The position numbers were made by a program, and so were the translations under genes. This document shows, piece by piece, positions 8,785-18,362 of a stretch of DNA of 32,000 nt. The DNA is from Formosa sp. Hel1_33_131 (GTDB lineage: Bacteria; Bacteroidota; Bacteroidia; Flavobacteriales; Flavobacteriaceae), in assembly GCF_001735745.1 (NCBI RefSeq), contig NZ_CP017260.1, positions 420,001 through 452,000 on the forward strand, written 5' to 3'. Position 1 is the first letter of the stretch. Every line of letters starts with the position of its first letter. The notes under the pieces are model-generated. The model was given only the letters and a program-made list of their open reading frames with translations. It ran no database searches and was not told the origin of the DNA.

Positions 8785-11313
8785 TTATTTTACAATCAAC
8801 TTTTTAGTGATTTCGCTATTCGCAGTGTTTACTTTTAAGAAATATAATCCTTTAGGAGCCTTTAATTCTATTTCAGGATTCTGTGATAAATCTCTGTTTT
8901 TTTCATAAAAGACTAACTTCCCTAGGGGGTCAAATATTTTTACAGTCACTAGTTTGTTTAATTTCCAATCTAGTTTAAACACCCCAGTTGAGGGGTTTGG
9001 AGAGACTTCTAAACCTGAGATATCAAATGCGTCCAATCCAGCACTATTAGGGTTGTATAAATCAACGCTCCAGAGACCACGCCCATAAGTGGCTGCATAT
9101 ATTTTTTTATCTGCAGAGTTTATCTCTAGCTCATTTACCAATACATTTGGTAATCCAGTGTTATAAGCGATCCAAGAGGTCGTGTTTTCTCTCAAATAAT
9201 AAATTCCATAATTCATTCCTACATATAAAATATCTTCATTATAAGTAGTATCCCAAACAAGCGCAAGTGCAGCAAAACTTGGAAGGTCAAGAAGCATTGA
9301 GGTCCATGTCGCACCAGCATCAGTAGAAACATAAATCTTATCGGACGAATTTGTTGCAATGGCTAGTTTGTTTGGATTTGTAGGGTGAATGGCAATGGAA
9401 TTAATATCCCCAGAAAACCCTGTCAATGACGACCAGTAAGATAATAAACTCCCTCCGCCTGTTGTTGTTTTAAAAAGACTGGATCCTAACGAAGCATATA
9501 TGACATCACTATCAGATGGTGCAATCTTCAAATGGTCCGCATTGCTGCCAAAGTTTTGTGAAATGGAACTCCAGTTCTGACCTCCATTAGTAGATTTATA
9601 TATTTGATCATATCCGGAATAAATAGTATTGGAGTCGCTTGGGTCTTGCTCAAAAGGGGTAACCCAATTACCTGACTTGCCATCAGGAGATGGAAGAAAA
9701 ATAATACTTTGTCCCTGATTGGTGGATTTATATAAACTTCCAAATTGTGAAGTTCCATACAAAATATTCGAATCAGAATGATCGACAAAAGATTCCATAC
9801 CATCCGCACCCAACCAGTCCTCCCAAGTTTTATCCGCTCTGTAAACAGAAGTCCCATTATCTTGAGCACCGCCAGTAACGATGACAGGGTTTGTTTGGCT
9901 AATTCCTATTCTATAAAATTGACGAATTCCCAAACCAGAAGTTAAGTCTGTATAATAAGTGCTACTAACATTCAACGGGTCATTGGCTACAAAAATACCG
10001 CCATCGCTCCCTACATATAGCTTATTGTTCTGATAAATCATAATGTCAATATCGGCATGGCAATAGCCTATATTTTCAGTCGTTGCAGTTCCTGGCTGCC
10101 ATTGAGATGTGATATTAAAATTGACACCGCCATCTGTAGAGCGCCACGAAAGTACGCCCGCAATATGGACATCATCTGCATCAGTTGGATTGACGACGAT
10201 ATCCATATCTCTTGGAGCTTGGCCACTGGTGTCATCCGCAGTAGAACTGTAACCAAAATAATTTTTTCCTGTGTGATCTAATTTGGTGAAATTTTCGCCA
10301 CTATCGGTGGACTTATGAAATCCTCCAAAAGCACCACCGGAAGCCTCAAGCAAATAGACAACATCTGGACTTGCCGCAGAAACACCAATCATTTTTGGCC
10401 CAATGTTAAAGTCATTAGCCCCTGAAATAAAGTTGTTATTTATTTTTGAAAAGGATTGACCAGAATCTGTGGACTTGAAAAAACCATTTCCTGATGCATA
10501 TACTACACTAAAATCTCCAGGTTTAAATTCTATATCATAGGCCGTGGTAGATTCAGAGTGAATTAAACTCCAATTGACGCCTCCATCAGTAGATTTATAG
10601 ACACCGTCATACCGGCTAGAACAAAACATTTTGCTTGTATCAGAAGGGTTAATTAAAATCTTATTGACAACTCCATTTCCTGTATCTGCTAATTGATTCC
10701 AAGTTGCACCAGCATCCGTTGATTTAAAAATGATGCCTGAAGAACTTCCCCAATAATAAATATTAGAATTAACAGGATCGATAGTCAATGCATACACAAA
10801 AATATTTGAGAGGTTGTCGGTGAGTGCCGACCAATTACTTCCCCCATCAACTGTTTTCCAAACACCGCCTCCTGGCGATCCAACAATAATATGATTGGCA
10901 TCTTTAGTATCAATAGCAATACTTGTAATTCTTCCGACTCCTGGGTTCCATCCAGACGTTTGATTCCAAGATGTGGGTCCTAATTGTACCCAATTTGAAA
11001 CCAAACTTGTCTGACTTGATGGTGTAACATTGTTTATTTCCGAATTGTACCGTTCTAACTCATCAATGTAAAATGAAGACGACTTCAAAAATCCATTTTC
11101 GTCTTGCATTCGAAGGCCATTATATTCCCAACGCTTAAAAGTTTTGTATCCAGAACCTCTACCAGTGCCTTTGATTTCAAAATACGCTTCAGCTTTATTC
11201 TGAATTTCCTGAACTGTAAATTCCTCTGAATTAATCATCTCAAGGTATTCCTGAGATTCAGCATATAAAAATGATAATAAATAGGTAAGTAAAATAAGAG
11301 TAGGCTTATTCAT
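8785..11313 (-). CDS. Secreted BNR/Asp-box repeat protein with a T9SS C-terminal sorting domain; the short paralog of 4209..7199
   Basis: 842 aa, collinear with the 996-aa protein over the signal peptide, N-terminal region, Asp-box propeller and a near-identical T9SS C-terminal domain (KIFDPLGKLVFYEKNRDLSQNPEIEL.AP.GLYFLKVNT). It lacks the internal segment of about 150 aa. Confidence 0.75.
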   Translation of the reverse strand: MNKPTLILLTYLLSFLYAESQEYLEMINSEEFTVQEIQNKAEAYFEIKGTGRGSGYKTFKRWEYNGLRMQDENGFLKSSSFYIDELERYNSEINNVTPSSQTSLVSNWVQLGPTSWNQTSGWNPGVGRITSIAIDTKDANHIIVGSPGGGVWKTVDGGSNWSALTDNLSNIFVYALTIDPVNSNIYYWGSSSGIIFKSTDAGATWNQLADTGNGVVNKILINPSDTSKMFCSSRYDGVYKSTDGGVNWSLIHSESTTAYDIEFKPGDFSVVYASGNGFFKSTDSGQSFSKINNNFISGANDFNIGPKMIGVSAASPDVVYLLEASGGAFGGFHKSTDSGENFTKLDHTGKNYFGYSSTADDTSGQAPRDMDIVVNPTDADDVHIAGVLSWRSTDGGVNFNITSQWQPGTATTENIGYCHADIDIMIYQNNKLYVGSDGGIFVANDPLNVSSTYYTDLTSGLGIRQFYRIGISQTNPVIVTGGAQDNGTSVYRADKTWEDWLGADGMESFVDHSDSNILYGTSQFGSLYKSTNQGQSIIFLPSPDGKSGNWVTPFEQDPSDSNTIYSGYDQIYKSTNGGQNWSSISQNFGSNADHLKIAPSDSDVIYASLGSSLFKTTTGGGSLLSYWSSLTGFSGDINSIAIHPTNPNKLAIATNSSDKIYVSTDAGATWTSMLLDLPSFAALALVWDTTYNEDILYVGMNYGIYYLRENTTSWIAYNTGLPNVLVNELEINSADKKIYAATYGRGLWSVDLYNPNSAGLDAFDISGLEVSPNPSTGVFKLDWKLNKLVTVKIFDPLGKLVFYEKNRDLSQNPEIELKAPKGLYFLKVNTANSEITKKLIVK

Positions 11314-11500
11314 AACAAAAAAAATAAAGATTAAGGAATTACAATGTAGTGAAAAATAATTAAACTATGAATCTAGCTCTAATTTCAATACTATTTCGTT
11401 CCTCATTTTTCATTACATAAACCAAAAGAGATAACCACTTATCACGCTTACAGATAGACTAGAAATATGTTTTACAACGCTTACTTAACACGAATTTAAT

Positions 11501-11866
11501 TTAATACTGATTTGTAGAAAGCAACACTAATGTACAAGCAACTTCATAATTTATAGAGGCTTCATTTAAAAGTTTATAAAATTCCGGGTTTTCAGTGCCC
11601 GGATTAAAGATTACGCGGGTGGGATTTAAATCCAAAATATAATCATAATAAGCTTCTTGACGTTTCGGATTCAAATACAAGGTGACTGTATGAATGTTTT
11701 GATAGGGCTGTAATTCCGTAGCGATCTCAATGCCACAAACTGTGCCTTTTTTCATTCCAAAAGCCTTGACTTCTATGGCATTTTCACACAAGCGAAGTAT
11801 TGCCATATTGGAGTAACGATCGGAGTTTAAAGAAGCGCCGAGAACGAGTGTATTTTTTTTGGACAT
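11501..11866 (-). CDS. CoA-binding domain protein (YccU-like)
   Basis: 121 aa. The N-terminal LVLGASLNSDRYSNMAILRL... pattern and the size fit small Rossmann-like CoA-binding proteins. Confidence 0.6.
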   Translation of the reverse strand: MSKKNTLVLGASLNSDRYSNMAILRLCENAIEVKAFGMKKGTVCGIEIATELQPYQNIHTVTLYLNPKRQEAYYDYILDLNPTRVIFNPGTENPEFYKLLNEASINYEVACTLVLLSTNQY

Positions 11867-11886
11867 GCTATTAATTATGTGTTAAT

Positions 11887-11917
11887 TTGAAATTAAAGAG
11901 TAACAATATTATTTTTG
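11887..11917 (+). promoter_or_regulatory. Putative Bacteroidota sigma-A promoter for the outer-membrane receptor gene
   Basis: TATTTTTG at 11910-11917 matches the TAnnTTTG -7 consensus, 46 nt upstream of the ATG at 11963. A TTG lies at 11887-11889, about 20 nt upstream, as a possible -33 element. This is a motif match only. Confidence 0.3.
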
Positions 11918-11962
11918 TTTCGTCTAATCTACAAAAGCCTATCAATCTTATCCCTCAAATAA

Positions 11963-14422
11963 ATGAAAAATCTCGCAGTACTACTTACTTTTTTAATGGT
12001 TTCTAATTTAGCTCTTTATGCTCACAACCCTTTAGACAGTGGCACTATCAGCGGGCGCGTGATCGATTCTAAATCAAACGAAACCCTTCCCTACGTTAAT
12101 ATCATCATCAAATCTCCGTTAGGTGAACTCATTACAGGTGGAATTACAGATCAAGATGGGGTTTTTGAAATCTCAAATATTAAAGAAACTACATTTATAG
12201 TCTCTGTTCAGTACATTGGCTATAAGACTTTAAACAAAGAAGTCACTCTGAATCGTGGCACAAAAAAACTCGATTTAGGAACTCTTGTCTTAGAAGAAGA
12301 CAACACTGCTCTTGACGAAGTTACGGTTATCGCAGAAACTTCTAGCATACAACAAAAAGTAGATCGAAAGGTCATCACTATTGGAAAAGATTTAGCAGCT
12401 AGCGGAACAGCCTCCGAACTTATGGTCGGCATTCCCTCTGTGAGTGTAGATCCTCAAACTGGAGACATTAGTTTAAGAGGAAATACAAACGTAAGAGTGA
12501 TGGTCGATGGGAAATTATCCAACATTCCAACGGCACAATTATTAAAGCAAATCCCGTCAACAGCTATTAAATCTATTGAACTTATTACCAATCCCTCTGC
12601 CAAGTATAACCCTGAAGGCATGAGTGGTCTGATCAATATTATATTGCACAAAAATACGATGCTCGGGTTTAATGGGAATTTTAGCATGGGGCTTTCCTAT
12701 GAAAAGTCTGCTAAATTCAACAGTGCCTTAACCACTAATTACCGAAACGGCAAGATCAACGTTTATGCGAATTACAGCAATAACATCTCTGAAAATAGAA
12801 ATCACGGTGTAATCCAAAGACCTGAAAATAATTCCAAACAATTATTTAATTTTAATAATGACAACAAAAATCATTTGATCAAATTTGGAGTGGATTATTA
12901 TATTAATGACAAACATACCCTATCCGTTTTTACAAATCAAAATAAATCCGACTCAAAAAATAACGGAGAATCGAATGCTATTTATGCAAACAATAATTCG
13001 CTTAATCAAACACAGTTGTGGTTGGACAAAGGAGATAACTCTACCAGTCAATACAACTTCGATTATAAAATTAATTTTGACGACGACGGTCACAACATAG
13101 AGTTTGAAATAGACCACAATACTTTTGACAGCAACAGCATTGCAGACTTTTCATATCCCATTGGCAACAGTACTGATTATATTGATGATAACGAGACAAA
13201 ACGAGAGCGAACAACTCTAAATCTTGACTATGCGAATGCACTCAATGAAAACTCAAAAATAGAACTGGGTTTACAAGCAAACCTTTTCAATTCGTTAATA
13301 GGCTATGCGTCCACAGGAGATACTTATGAGCTTTCGGGTATGCTCGTTCCTACCCCCAGTTCAGATTTTGAATATTCCCGAAATATTTATTCCCTGTATG
13401 GAAATTATAACAAAAAAATTGACAAATGGTCGTATCAGTTGGGATTGCGATTGGAAAATGTAGCTGTGACCGCCCTTGAAGAAAAAACAAGTCAACCCCT
13501 AACCATCACAAAAACGCCTTTTTCAAACGACTATTTTGAATTCTATCCGTCGGCTTATATTACGTATGCGCCTTCTGAAAAAAATTCCTTTCAAGTCAAT
13601 TACAGCAGACGAATCGATCGCCCTGGTATTGGACAAGTAAATCCCATAAAACAATGGAGTACGCCCTTGGTATCTTCGTACGGAAATATCAAACTTCAAC
13701 CACAGTTCACCAATTCTGTGGAGTTTAATTACACTCGAGATTTAGAAGGAGGTAGCGTCACTTTTGGAACGTTTTACAGACAAATTTCAAATGAAATTAA
13801 CAGAGCGTTATTTATTGATCGCTCCGACGTGAATTCGGGACGTTTGATTTTAACACATGATAATTTTGACAATTCTACGGCTTATGGTGTTGAATTATCA
13901 AGCAGCTACAAACCTACAAAATGGTGGAGTTTGAATGGTAGTTTTGATCTGTATTCTCAAACGCTCAAAGGAATTGCTGAACGCCTGAACGCTCCTCTAG
14001 AAACCGCAGTGGTCAACGACATCATCACTGAAATAAATTCGGTAGATAATATCGCCTGGAATTTTAGAGTTTACAACAGTTTTAAAGTGACTAAAAGAGT
14101 CAACCTTACCGCCTTTGGGTTTTATAGAGGCGCAAACTCAAATTTACAATTTAATGTGAAGCCAATGTACTTTGTAAACCTTGGGTCGCGTGTGAGTTTT
14201 CTTGACGGAAAAGGAAGTGTCAGCCTGAATTACAATGACATTTTAAACACTATGAAATTTGGCTTTGACGGCACCAGCCCTTATGTCCAAGAAGGTGAGT
14301 TTAACTGGGAAAGCAATACGATTTATTTAGGTGTCACCTATCGATTTGGAAGTACTAAATACAGTGCCAAGTCTCGAAAAAACAGAGCCAATGATGAGAA
14401 GTCTGGCGGTGGATTTATGTAA
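11963..14422 (+). CDS. TonB-dependent-receptor-like outer membrane beta-barrel protein with an N-terminal carboxypeptidase-regulatory-like domain
   Basis: 819 aa with a signal peptide. It has a CarboxypepD_reg-like segment (GTISGRVIDSKSNETLPYVNIII...TDQDGVFEI), a plug-like segment (VTVIAE...IPSVSVDPQTGDISLRGNTNVRVMVDGK) and a long beta-strand-rich C-terminus with alternating aromatic residues. Confidence 0.75.
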   Translation: MKNLAVLLTFLMVSNLALYAHNPLDSGTISGRVIDSKSNETLPYVNIIIKSPLGELITGGITDQDGVFEISNIKETTFIVSVQYIGYKTLNKEVTLNRGTKKLDLGTLVLEEDNTALDEVTVIAETSSIQQKVDRKVITIGKDLAASGTASELMVGIPSVSVDPQTGDISLRGNTNVRVMVDGKLSNIPTAQLLKQIPSTAIKSIELITNPSAKYNPEGMSGLINIILHKNTMLGFNGNFSMGLSYEKSAKFNSALTTNYRNGKINVYANYSNNISENRNHGVIQRPENNSKQLFNFNNDNKNHLIKFGVDYYINDKHTLSVFTNQNKSDSKNNGESNAIYANNNSLNQTQLWLDKGDNSTSQYNFDYKINFDDDGHNIEFEIDHNTFDSNSIADFSYPIGNSTDYIDDNETKRERTTLNLDYANALNENSKIELGLQANLFNSLIGYASTGDTYELSGMLVPTPSSDFEYSRNIYSLYGNYNKKIDKWSYQLGLRLENVAVTALEEKTSQPLTITKTPFSNDYFEFYPSAYITYAPSEKNSFQVNYSRRIDRPGIGQVNPIKQWSTPLVSSYGNIKLQPQFTNSVEFNYTRDLEGGSVTFGTFYRQISNEINRALFIDRSDVNSGRLILTHDNFDNSTAYGVELSSSYKPTKWWSLNGSFDLYSQTLKGIAERLNAPLETAVVNDIITEINSVDNIAWNFRVYNSFKVTKRVNLTAFGFYRGANSNLQFNVKPMYFVNLGSRVSFLDGKGSVSLNYNDILNTMKFGFDGTSPYVQEGEFNWESNTIYLGVTYRFGSTKYSAKSRKNRANDEKSGGGFM

Positions 14423-14431
14423 TTCTCTAAA

Positions 14432-15442
14432 CTACCATTTTATAATCACACTTCCCCAAGTGAATCCACTTCCAAAAGCGGCTAAAACAACTGTATCGCC
14501 TTCATTGACTTTCCCTTGTTCATGGGCTTCAGATAAGGCAATTGGAATGGAGGCTGCCGTAGTATTTCCGTATTTTTGAATGTTGTTATAAACTTGATCG
14601 TCCGACAATCCAAACCGCTTTTGAATAAATTGAGAAATCCGTAAGTTGGCTTGATGCGGGATGAGCATATCTATATCAGAAACTTCTAAATTATTTTTTT
14701 GCAAACCTTCACTGATCACTTCACTAAAGCGTTTGATTGCATGTTTAAAAACAAATTGCCCATTCATATAAGGATGGTAACTGAAATCATTGGGGTCATT
14801 TTCTTTAATAATATCAGTCACCCAACGTGTTCCCATTCCTGGTGCTTCGGTGGCAAGCTCAAGCGCATGTTTCCCCTCAGAATGTATGTGTGTCGATAGA
14901 ATCCCTTTTGTCAAATCTTCTTCGCGCGTCAATACAGCAGCTCCGGCACCATCGCCAAAAATGACTGAAATACTTCGACCGCGAGTCGATTTGTCAATCC
15001 CATGCGATTGCAATTCACTCCCTATCACAAGGATGTGTTTGTACATACCCGTTTTAATAAATTGATCCGCCACAGAAATTGAATACACAAACCCCGAGCA
15101 TTGTGCCCTGATATCCAAAGCCGCTACCGTATCTATTTCTAAAGCTTCTTGGATTTGCACCCCTGGCCCAGGAAAGTAATAATCGGGACTTAAAGTTGCG
15201 AATACAATAAGATCAATGTCTTCTTTTTCAATTCCGGCGTTTGAAATGGCCTTTTTGGCAGCTTCCAATCCCATTGTAAAAGTCGATTGTCCATCGCCAG
15301 GCTTTGCCCAACGGCGTTCTTGAATCCCCGTACGTTCTTGAATCCATTCATCCGTCGTGTCCATAATCTTAGACAAATCGTCATTCGTGACAACGTTTTC
15401 TGGCACATAATGACCTAAACCTATAATTTTTGAGTTGTACAT
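14432..15442 (-). CDS. fabH: 3-oxoacyl-[acyl-carrier-protein] synthase III
   Basis: 336 aa. The N-terminus has IIGLGHYVPENVVTNDDL...DEWIQERTGIQERR. The catalytic triad contexts are AQCSGFVYS (Cys), IPHQANLRI (His) and YGNTTAASIP (Asn). Confidence 0.9.
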   Translation of the reverse strand: MYNSKIIGLGHYVPENVVTNDDLSKIMDTTDEWIQERTGIQERRWAKPGDGQSTFTMGLEAAKKAISNAGIEKEDIDLIVFATLSPDYYFPGPGVQIQEALEIDTVAALDIRAQCSGFVYSISVADQFIKTGMYKHILVIGSELQSHGIDKSTRGRSISVIFGDGAGAAVLTREEDLTKGILSTHIHSEGKHALELATEAPGMGTRWVTDIIKENDPNDFSYHPYMNGQFVFKHAIKRFSEVISEGLQKNNLEVSDIDMLIPHQANLRISQFIQKRFGLSDDQVYNNIQKYGNTTAASIPIALSEAHEQGKVNEGDTVVLAAFGSGFTWGSVIIKW

Positions 15443-15561
15443 AGTGTAAGTTTGAGTAAAAGGTGTAACAAATATAAACTAAAATGTCAGTTTGTCACTT
15501 TTTAATATTTGGTATTTTTTTTGACTATAGATTTCCATATAACTTAAAAATCAACATAATT

Positions 15562-17475
15562 ATGTCAAAAGGTACGATTAATGTATCCGTAGAAAATATT
15601 TTTCCACTGATTAAAAAATTCCTCTATAGCGATCACGAAATCTTTTTACGTGAATTGGTGAGTAATGCCACAGACGCCACTCTAAAACTAAAACACTTGA
15701 CCAACATTGGTGAAGTGAGTGTAAAGTACGGAACGCCTAAAATCGAAATTAAAATCGATCAAGAGGGCAAAAAACTTCACATTATCGATCAAGGTTTAGG
15801 GATGACTGCGGATGAGGTTCAGAAATACATCAACGAAGTTGCGTTTTCTGGCGCCGAAGAGTTTTTAGATAAATATAAAGACAAGATCGATGATTCTGGA
15901 ATCATTGGTCATTTTGGACTGGGCTTTTACTCTGCATTTATGGTGGCTGAAAAAGTGGAAATTATTACCAAGTCATTCAAAGACGAACCTGCAGCACATT
16001 GGACTTGTGATGGCAGCCCACAATACACGCTTGAAGCTTCTGACAAAACAGAAAGAGGAACTGAGATTATTTTGCACATCGCTGAAGATTCTACTGAATT
16101 CCTTGAAGAAAGCCGTATCACGACGCTTTTAAACAAATACAATAAGTTCATGCCGATTCCAATTAAATTTGGAACCAAAGAAGAAAATGATGAAACGCAT
16201 GAACCTAAAACAACTACGGACAAAGACGGTAAAGAAACAACGGAACCTCAGCGTAAGGTTACGGTTGATAACATCATTAACAACCCAACGCCCGCTTGGA
16301 CCAAGCAGCCTTCTGAATTAGAAGATCCTGACTATAAAAGCTTTTACCGCGAGCTGTATCCAATGCAGTTTGAAGAACCTTTATTCAATATTCATTTAAA
16401 TGTAGATTATCCTTTCAACTTGACAGGGATTTTATACTTCCCAAAAATGGGGAATGACATGAATATGCAAAAGGATAAAATTCAATTGTATCAAAACCAA
16501 GTGTTTGTAACGGATAACGTTGAAGGCATTGTTCCTGAATTTTTAACGATGCTAAGAGGAGTGATTGATTCTCCAGACATTCCACTAAACGTATCTCGTT
16601 CGTACTTACAAGCAGATGGTGCGGTTAAAAAAATATCGTCTTACATCACTAAAAAAGTGGCAGATAAAATGAAATCCCTATTCAATTCTAATAGAGAAGA
16701 TTTTGAAGCGAAATGGAATGATATTAAAATTGTGATTGAATACGGGATGCTTTCCGAAGATAAATTCTTTGAGAAATCAGATGCCTTTGCATTGTATCCT
16801 TCAGTCGATGGAACGTATTATACCTATGAAGAGCTTTACAACAAAATCAAAGCGAACCAAACGGATAAGGACGATAAATTAGTCATTTTGTATGCGTCTA
16901 ATAAAGATGAGCAACACAGTTATATTGAAGCTGCAAAAACAAAAGGCTACGAAGTGTTATTGTTAGATTCGCCTATTGTGTCTCATTTAATTCAGAAATT
17001 AGAAAGTGAAAAAGAAAACACAAGCTTTGTACGTGTTGATTCTGATCATGTTGATAATTTAATCAAAAAGGATGAGGCGACTGTTTCTAAACTCAGTGAA
17101 GAAGACAAAACATCGCTTGAAACTATTTTGAAAGAAATTGTTCCTTCAGAAAAATTCATGGTACAATTAGAGGCAATGGACAGCAATTCTGCTCCCTTTA
17201 TGATTACACAACCTGAGTTTATGCGTCGTATGAAAGAGATGCAACAAACTGGCGGTGGTGGCGGTATGTTTGGAATGGGGAATATGCCTGAAATGCACAA
17301 CCTTATTGTAAACACCAACTCTGAATTGGTCAGTGAAATTCTAAACACCAAAACAAAGAAAAAACAAGAACGTTTGATCACACAAAGCTTGGATTTGGCA
17401 CAATTGTCTCAAGGACTTCTCAAAGGAGAAGCCTTGACCAATTTCATCAACCGTAGCTACGAAATGATAAAATAA
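15562..17475 (+). CDS. htpG: Molecular chaperone HtpG (Hsp90 family)
   Basis: It has GHKL ATPase motifs (LYSDHEIFLRELVSNATDA, IIDQGLGMT, GHFGLGFYSAFMV) and a long middle/C-terminal domain. I place the start at the ATG at 15562 (MSKGTINVS...), where homology to HtpG begins. The ORF-track start at 15484 adds 26 non-conserved hydrophobic codons. Confidence 0.9.
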   Translation: MSKGTINVSVENIFPLIKKFLYSDHEIFLRELVSNATDATLKLKHLTNIGEVSVKYGTPKIEIKIDQEGKKLHIIDQGLGMTADEVQKYINEVAFSGAEEFLDKYKDKIDDSGIIGHFGLGFYSAFMVAEKVEIITKSFKDEPAAHWTCDGSPQYTLEASDKTERGTEIILHIAEDSTEFLEESRITTLLNKYNKFMPIPIKFGTKEENDETHEPKTTTDKDGKETTEPQRKVTVDNIINNPTPAWTKQPSELEDPDYKSFYRELYPMQFEEPLFNIHLNVDYPFNLTGILYFPKMGNDMNMQKDKIQLYQNQVFVTDNVEGIVPEFLTMLRGVIDSPDIPLNVSRSYLQADGAVKKISSYITKKVADKMKSLFNSNREDFEAKWNDIKIVIEYGMLSEDKFFEKSDAFALYPSVDGTYYTYEELYNKIKANQTDKDDKLVILYASNKDEQHSYIEAAKTKGYEVLLLDSPIVSHLIQKLESEKENTSFVRVDSDHVDNLIKKDEATVSKLSEEDKTSLETILKEIVPSEKFMVQLEAMDSNSAPFMITQPEFMRRMKEMQQTGGGGGMFGMGNMPEMHNLIVNTNSELVSEILNTKTKKKQERLITQSLDLAQLSQGLLKGEALTNFINRSYEMIK

Positions 17476-17496
17476 GTCTCTTTATATTATTTTTGT

Positions 17497-17678
17497 AAAA
17501 AAGAGGTCGTCTAAAAAGTAGAATTTCTGTCATTCTGAACTTGTTTCAGAATCTCAATTAACTGAAATTCATTTTGTTTTAGAATCTGAAATAAACTTGT
17601 TTACCGACAGTCAGGATTTCCTGACGGTAGTCAGGTTCAGATTGACAAAGCAGAGTCTTTTTAGACGACCTCTTTTTT
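17497..17678. repeat. Intergenic structured element: a 22-bp perfect inverted repeat enclosing about 138 bp with nested hairpins
   Basis: AAAAAAGAGGTCGTCTAAAAAG (17497-17518) is the exact reverse complement of CTTTTTAGACGACCTCTTTTTT (17657-17678). Inside are attctgaa-cttgt-ttcagaat (17532-17552) and gtcagg-attt-cctgac (17610-17625). The right arm ends in a T-run, so the outer stem may also act as the htpG terminator. Confidence 0.7.
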
Positions 17679-17746
17679 TGGTTTAAACTTAAAAAAAATA
17701 AAAATAAGTCTCTAAAATAAAAACTTATATTAATTTAGAGCAAACT

Positions 17747-18355
17747 ATGAGCATGTCATTATTTGATTCATCCGAAATTATAAAACTTCCGCTTCAAGAT
17801 GCTAAAATCGAATACCATCCGCAGTTTTATGGTTTGGAAGAAGCCAGTGCACTGTTTGACGCATTGTATCAACATACGCCATGGATTGAAGAAGACATCA
17901 GAGTGTATGGAAAAGTGTATAAGCAACCGCGTTTGACTGCTTTTTTTGCCAACAACCAAAAGACGTATGGGTATTCAAACATTTCAATGACACCCCACCC
18001 CTTCACCCCGCTTTTGAATGCTATAAAAACAAAAGTTGAAGCAGCCACTCAAACGGAATTCTCGTCCTGTTTATTGAATTTATATCGAGATGGACAAGAC
18101 AGTAATGGCTGGCATGCCGATGATGAAAAAGAACTTGGACTCAATCCTGTGATTGCTTCTTTGAGTTTGGGTGCTGAACGGACATTTCATTTGAAACATA
18201 AAAAAATAAAAACTTTAAAACACAAACTAAATTTACAAAACGGCAGTTTACTACTCATGAAAAACGAAACGCAACACCACTGGCTGCATCAAATACCAAA
18301 AACTAAAAAGCCGCTTGCAAAACGAATCAACTTGACCTTTAGACTCCTTAAATAA
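17747..18355 (+). CDS. alkB: AlkB-family Fe(II)/2-oxoglutarate-dependent dioxygenase (nucleic-acid demethylase-like)
   Basis: 202 aa with HxD (NGWHADDE), a distal His (HHWLHQIPK) and the RxNxTxR motif (RINLTFR), which are characteristic of AlkB/ABH enzymes. Confidence 0.75.
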   Translation: MSMSLFDSSEIIKLPLQDAKIEYHPQFYGLEEASALFDALYQHTPWIEEDIRVYGKVYKQPRLTAFFANNQKTYGYSNISMTPHPFTPLLNAIKTKVEAATQTEFSSCLLNLYRDGQDSNGWHADDEKELGLNPVIASLSLGAERTFHLKHKKIKTLKHKLNLQNGSLLLMKNETQHHWLHQIPKTKKPLAKRINLTFRLLK

Positions 18356-18362
18356 CAGTACT

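Noticed and set aside
15484-15561. Upstream extension of the htpG ORF (MSVCHFLIFGIFFDYRFPYNLKINII)
   Set aside because: It has no similarity to Hsp90 N-termini and lies in the AT-rich divergent promoter region shared with fabH. The conserved protein starts at the ATG at 15562.
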